From an uncultured virus (IMG/VR IMGVR_UViG_3300037466_001022) (lineage: Duplodnaviria > Heunggongvirae > Uroviricota > Caudoviricetes): a stretch of DNA of 64,000 nucleotides. Shown here one piece after another: positions 59,664-64,000 of the stretch (position 1 is the first letter of the stretch; each line of letters begins with the position of its first letter). Location of the stretch: IMG/VR virus record IMGVR_UViG_3300037466_001022; one strand, 5' to 3'. The notes below the pieces were generated by a model. The model was not told the DNA's origin and made no database searches. It was given only the letters and a program-made list of their open reading frames with translations. The translations under genes were made by a program, and so were the position numbers.

Positions 59664-61318
59664 TGTCTAAAAAGAATTCTGGTGTACGTGGAAATAAACA
59701 ACTTGTAAATCCAAATGAAATTCATGGCTATACTCTAACCGAAGTCGAAGAATTTGCTAAATGTGCATCTGATCCGGTCTATTTTGTCAAAACTTATATG
59801 AAGATCAGAACTGCCGATGGTCAAGTTATCCCATTTACTCTATGGCCATGGCAGGAGGATTTGCTCAGACTTTATCATGAAAATCGTTTCGTAATCAGTC
59901 GAATCGCTAGACAGTCTGGTAAGACTTCGGTTTCTATTGCATATTTCTTGTGGTTGGCTCTATTCCATGAACAGAAGTTGATTGCCATTCTTGCCAACAA
60001 GGCTTCTACCTCCCGAAGTATTCTAGCACGTATTCGTCTTGCCTATGAACATTTGCCGAAATTTCTACAACAGGGTGTCATCACATGGAACAAGGGTGAC
60101 ATTGAACTTGGTAATGGATCTAAAATCTTCGCTTATTCAACCTCTGCCGAATCAGTCCGAGGCGAAACCTTCTCTGCTATCTTGCTTGACGAGTTGGCAT
60201 TCGTTGAACCAAATGTGGCTGAAGAATTCTATACCTCGACTTATCCAGCCATCACAGGTGGTAAAGACACGAAGATTTTCATTGTTTCTACTCCTAATGG
60301 AATTGGTAATCTATACCATACTATGTGGGTCAAAGCGGAGACCGGTAAATCAAATTTCAAACCATTCACTGTCAACTGGTGGGATGTTCCAGGTCGTGAT
60401 GAAAAATGGAAACAAGAAACCATTGCCAATACAAGTGAACGTCAATTTGAACAGGAATTCAACATCGAATTCCTTGGTTCTGCCGATACATTGATCTCGG
60501 GCCAAAAACTCCGCTTGCTACAAGGTATTGATCCGGTTGTCACAAACCAAGATGGACTTGCCATATACGAAGAACCAATTGAAAAACATCAATATGCTAT
60601 CACAGTAGACGTAGCAAGAGGTGAAGGCCAGGATTATTCTGCATTTACCGTATTCGATATTACAACGATTCCTTACAAGATTGTTGCTCGTTTCAGGAAC
60701 AACAAGATTGATCCAATCGTATTTCCCAATCATGTATTTACAGTTGGCAATCGCTATAATGAAGCATTCGTATTGGTTGAATTAAATGATATTGGAGCCC
60801 AAATTGCCGATATTCTTCATTATGATCTAGAATATGAAAATATGTATTATTCCTCACCTAAAGATCATCTCGGAGCACTAACAGTTGGCTCGACAAACGG
60901 CCGATACAATTATGGTCTAAAAATGTCGGTCAGTTCAAAGAAAATTGGTTGTGCAAACTTGAAGGCGCTTGTTGAAGACGACAAATTGACAATCCCAGAC
61001 TGGGAAACCATCAAGGAATTGGCTACATTCGTGCGTCATAACAACACCTACAAAGCTCAAGAAGGTATGCATGACGACTTGGCAATGACATTGGTCATGT
61101 TTGGCTGGCTTGTCGCCCAGAAAGAATTTAGAAATACCTCTGAAACAGATATTTTCAAGCATCTTAGTGGTACCGAAGAAGAGGTGCCTAACCCAATCGT
61201 ATTCGTGGATGAAAACGTTTATCCTATTTTGTCAGCAAAATCAGGTAAATTTGCAGAGAAAACCTCCACTGAGGTCTGGGTAACCGTGGATACAGAAGAT
61301 AATAGCTGGTTCCGATAA
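59663..61318 (+). CDS. gp17: terminase large subunit gp17
   Basis: RQSGKT, LLDELAF, STPNG, QEF..EF, DVARG..DYSAF, HDD. Confidence 0.96.
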   Translation: MSKKNSGVRGNKQLVNPNEIHGYTLTEVEEFAKCASDPVYFVKTYMKIRTADGQVIPFTLWPWQEDLLRLYHENRFVISRIARQSGKTSVSIAYFLWLALFHEQKLIAILANKASTSRSILARIRLAYEHLPKFLQQGVITWNKGDIELGNGSKIFAYSTSAESVRGETFSAILLDELAFVEPNVAEEFYTSTYPAITGGKDTKIFIVSTPNGIGNLYHTMWVKAETGKSNFKPFTVNWWDVPGRDEKWKQETIANTSERQFEQEFNIEFLGSADTLISGQKLRLLQGIDPVVTNQDGLAIYEEPIEKHQYAITVDVARGEGQDYSAFTVFDITTIPYKIVARFRNNKIDPIVFPNHVFTVGNRYNEAFVLVELNDIGAQIADILHYDLEYENMYYSSPKDHLGALTVGSTNGRYNYGLKMSVSSKKIGCANLKALVEDDKLTIPDWETIKELATFVRHNNTYKAQEGMHDDLAMTLVMFGWLVAQKEFRNTSETDIFKHLSGTEEEVPNPIVFVDENVYPILSAKSGKFAEKTSTEVWVTVDTEDNSWFR

Positions 61319-61337
61319 TAGGTAACAATTGAATGGG

Positions 61338-61375
61338 TATAAATAGTATGGGTCGCGAGCGCCAACTCCACCCAT
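61338..61375 (+). promoter_or_regulatory. late promoter plus conserved endonuclease leader hairpin, copy 4
   Basis: TATAAATA-gt-AUGGGU-CGC-GAG-cgccaa-CUC-C-ACCCAU. Confidence 0.75.
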
Positions 61376-61399
61376 TTCTATAACAATAAGAGGTTACCC

Positions 61400-62014
61400 A
61401 TGTTACAGCGTTCAGATATATTTATTGAGTCTAAATATGTTAAATGGTATTTTGAGTTAATGGAAAAAGCAAGATACCAACCACCTATAAAAGGTCAGAC
61501 AGAAAAACATCATATTATTCCAGAAGGATGTGGTGGTGAAGATAAAATGGAAAATAGGGTAAATTTGACATATCGACAACATTACATTTCTCATATGCTT
61601 TTGGCAAAAGCCGATTATGTCGAATCATCTTCTAAGAGAAAAATGGTTCAAGGATTTCTTGCATTGGGCCGATTTCGTAAGTTAGATTGGTGGATTAATA
61701 GAGATAGGAATGGGTGTAAGACAAATTTACATGCTCAATTGAAAAAAAATCTCAGTTGCCACATTCGAGGTGAAAAAAGTGTGGTTTTTGGTCAAAAATT
61801 CTCTGAAGAGAGAAAACGACTCCAAAAAAATGGATTAATTGGGAAATCATCGTCTGGTGAGAACCATTATCTTTATAAAAAGAAAATGTCCGAAGAACAA
61901 AAGAGGAAGATAAGCCAGACACTCAAAAAGTATAGTTTCACAGAAGAACATAAAAGGAATATCAGTCTATCAAAAATTGGTCGTCCTCGAAAAGTGAAAC
62001 TCTTAAAGTCCTAA
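61400..62014 (+). mobile_element. HNH (Mob-like) homing endonuclease with NUMOD3-like repeats
   Basis: EKHHIIP..CGG.D...N.V.LT.RQH..H.LL; SEE.KRKIS repeats. Confidence 0.88.
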
Positions 62015-62058
62015 ATATACAATAGAATTCAAAATTTTTACTCCAAAGGAGTTTTTAT

Positions 62059-63951
62059 ATGCCTTTCCAAATCTCACCAGGTATTGTAACAACTGAAACC
62101 TCTCTGGCTGGTATCGTCCCTTCGGTAGCAACCACAGGTGGTGCTTTCGTTGGTGACTTCCTATGGGGTCCTGTACTAGAACCAAAGTTGATTTCCAATG
62201 AAGTAACATTGGTTAATACTTTTGGCAAGCCTGGCGCAAACAACTACGAATCATTCTTCTCCGCAGCAAATTTCTTGGGCTACGGTAACAACCTACGTGT
62301 CGTCCGTGTCATTGATAGTGCTGCACGTAACGCAACTGCAACTGGAAATACTGGCGTTGTTATACGTAATCAAGCGGATTATGAAGCAAACGCAAAGTCA
62401 AGCCAGATTTCTACACAGGCCGGTCTAACTACCGCTCGTTATCCAGGTGTTCTAGGTAACAACCTTAAGGTATCTCTATGCCCTGGTGCGAATGCTTATT
62501 CAAACACACTAACAGCAACAGCAAACGTAACTGCTGGAAATACCGCTATTATCTTCTCAGCAAACGTTGCAACAGTCCTAACTACTGGTGACTATATCGC
62601 TATCGGTAATAACTCAAAACTCCAGGTTTCCGCTGTAAATAACACAAACGTAACTGTCGCTCTTTCTCCAACATTTTCAGCAACAGCAAACACCGTTGTT
62701 CGCTCTTGGGAGTATTCTGCTCAGTTCAATGGTGCTCCAGGCACTTCCGACTATGTAAGCACACGTGGCGGCTCCGCCGACGAATTGCACATGGTTGTTG
62801 TTGATGCTACTGGCGCAATCACAGGTACCGCTGGCACAATCCTTGAAAAGTATTCAAACCTTTCAAAGGCTTCCAATGCTCTAAACAACGATGGTACAGC
62901 AAACTTCTATGTAGAAGCTTTGGAACGTCAGTCCCAGTATGTATTCTGGACTTCACACCCAACTGGTGCCACAAATTGGGGTAATGACGCAACAACAACT
63001 TTCACTACAGTCGCTCGTCCAGTTACACTGACAATGGCTGGTGGTGTTGATTCCGGCACTCCAACAACAGGTCAAATCGAATCAGGTTACGACCTATTCC
63101 TAAATGCTGACCTATACGATATCGGATTGGTCGTCACTGGTCCATGGGGAGCAACAGTCGGGGCCTATGTCATCAACAACTTGGCTGAAGTCCGTAAGGA
63201 TTGCGTAGCATTCGTATCTCCAGCTAAGACAGACGTTGTTCAACAGGTTGGAAACGAAGTCGATAATGTCATAGCATGGCGTAACAGCCTTCCTCTATCC
63301 TCATCTTATGGTGTAGCTGATAGCGGTTGGAAGTATCAATACGACAAGTACAATGACCTATATCGTTGGATCCCTCTAAACCCCGACATTGCTGGTCTAT
63401 GTGCAAGAACAGACATGACCAACGATCCATGGTGGTCTCCAGCCGGTATCACACGTGGTCAAATCAAGAATGTCGTCAAACTTGCTTGGAATCCTAACCA
63501 GGCAGAACGCGACCTTCTATATCCAAATGGCGTCAATCCAGTTGTCACTTTCCCTAATGAAGGTACAATCCTGTTTGGTGACAAGACCATGTTGGCAAAA
63601 CCAGACGCATTCGACAGAATCAACGTCCGTCGTCTTTTCATCGTTCTAGAAAAGTCTATCTCCAAGGCTTCTCGTACAGAGCTATTCGAGTTCAACGATG
63701 ACTTCACAAGAGCAGGCTTCAAGTCAATGATTGAGCCTTTCCTACGTGACGTTAAGGGCCGTCGTGGTATCACCGACTTCTTGGTAATCTGCGATACTAC
63801 AAACAACACACCACAGGTTATCAACTCAAACAACTTCGTTGGTACCATCATTGTACGTCCAGCACGTTCAATCAACTTCATCACACTTTCCTTTGTTGCG
63901 GCTCCGGAGGGAATCGCCTTCGAGGAAATTGTGGGCACTGGAGCCTTCTAA
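62059..63951 (+). CDS. gp18: tail sheath protein gp18
   Basis: SPG, F.WGP, FG.P, KYQYDKYND, W.SPAG, INVRRLF, LFEFND.FTR, RSINFI.L.F.A. Confidence 0.96.
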   Translation: MPFQISPGIVTTETSLAGIVPSVATTGGAFVGDFLWGPVLEPKLISNEVTLVNTFGKPGANNYESFFSAANFLGYGNNLRVVRVIDSAARNATATGNTGVVIRNQADYEANAKSSQISTQAGLTTARYPGVLGNNLKVSLCPGANAYSNTLTATANVTAGNTAIIFSANVATVLTTGDYIAIGNNSKLQVSAVNNTNVTVALSPTFSATANTVVRSWEYSAQFNGAPGTSDYVSTRGGSADELHMVVVDATGAITGTAGTILEKYSNLSKASNALNNDGTANFYVEALERQSQYVFWTSHPTGATNWGNDATTTFTTVARPVTLTMAGGVDSGTPTTGQIESGYDLFLNADLYDIGLVVTGPWGATVGAYVINNLAEVRKDCVAFVSPAKTDVVQQVGNEVDNVIAWRNSLPLSSSYGVADSGWKYQYDKYNDLYRWIPLNPDIAGLCARTDMTNDPWWSPAGITRGQIKNVVKLAWNPNQAERDLLYPNGVNPVVTFPNEGTILFGDKTMLAKPDAFDRINVRRLFIVLEKSISKASRTELFEFNDDFTRAGFKSMIEPFLRDVKGRRGITDFLVICDTTNNTPQVINSNNFVGTIIVRPARSINFITLSFVAAPEGIAFEEIVGTGAF

Positions 63952-64000
63952 TACTATATCATGATTATTTCAGAGAAGGTGGAAGTAACAATATCAAACC

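Noticed and set aside
61319..62058. group I intron or intein housing the endonucleases
   Set aside because: The flanking genes (gp17, gp18, gp4, MTase, phosphoesterase) look complete and no intron core is evident; the endonucleases are free-standing.
1..64000. stop-codon reassignment
   Set aside because: Core genes are full length in the standard code, and TAA, TAG and TGA all end genes.

Overview
A 64-kb segment of a large T4-like myophage genome (cyanophage/alphaproteobacterial T4-like gene order), read in the standard genetic code. The left third (1-24 kb) has early and replication genes: DNA methyltransferase, CobT/CobS-like VWA + AAA pair, glycosyltransferase-like protein, gp45/44/62, DsbA, RegA, gp33, gp59 and gp32, three nucleotide-hydrolase-like genes, Pth2, RNA ligase 1 with a P-loop kinase, and a T7 gp0.7-like protein kinase. 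It also has a circularly permuted two-piece tmRNA of alphaproteobacterial type, which suggests an alphaproteobacterial host. A minus-strand block follows (gp4, gp2, gp54-like, gp26, gp51-like, tape-measure/lysozyme), then the plus-strand structural operon (gp48, 53, 27-like, 5, 25, 6, 7, 8, VrlC-like, fibers, gp13-18). Most notable: (1) a covarying promoter-plus-hairpin leader shared by all four free-standing homing endonuclease genes (three GIY-YIG, one HNH), plus an orphan fifth copy; (2) a probable -1 frameshift (U UUU UUC) fusing gp26 to a gp51-like frame lacking an upstream start codon, just before the tape measure gene; (3) the permuted tmRNA with a long, stem-closed intervening segment; (4) three tandem paralogs with collagen-like tails next to a prolyl-hydroxylase-like 2OG-Fe(II) oxygenase. 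All family calls come from motif recognition by eye, not database searches.
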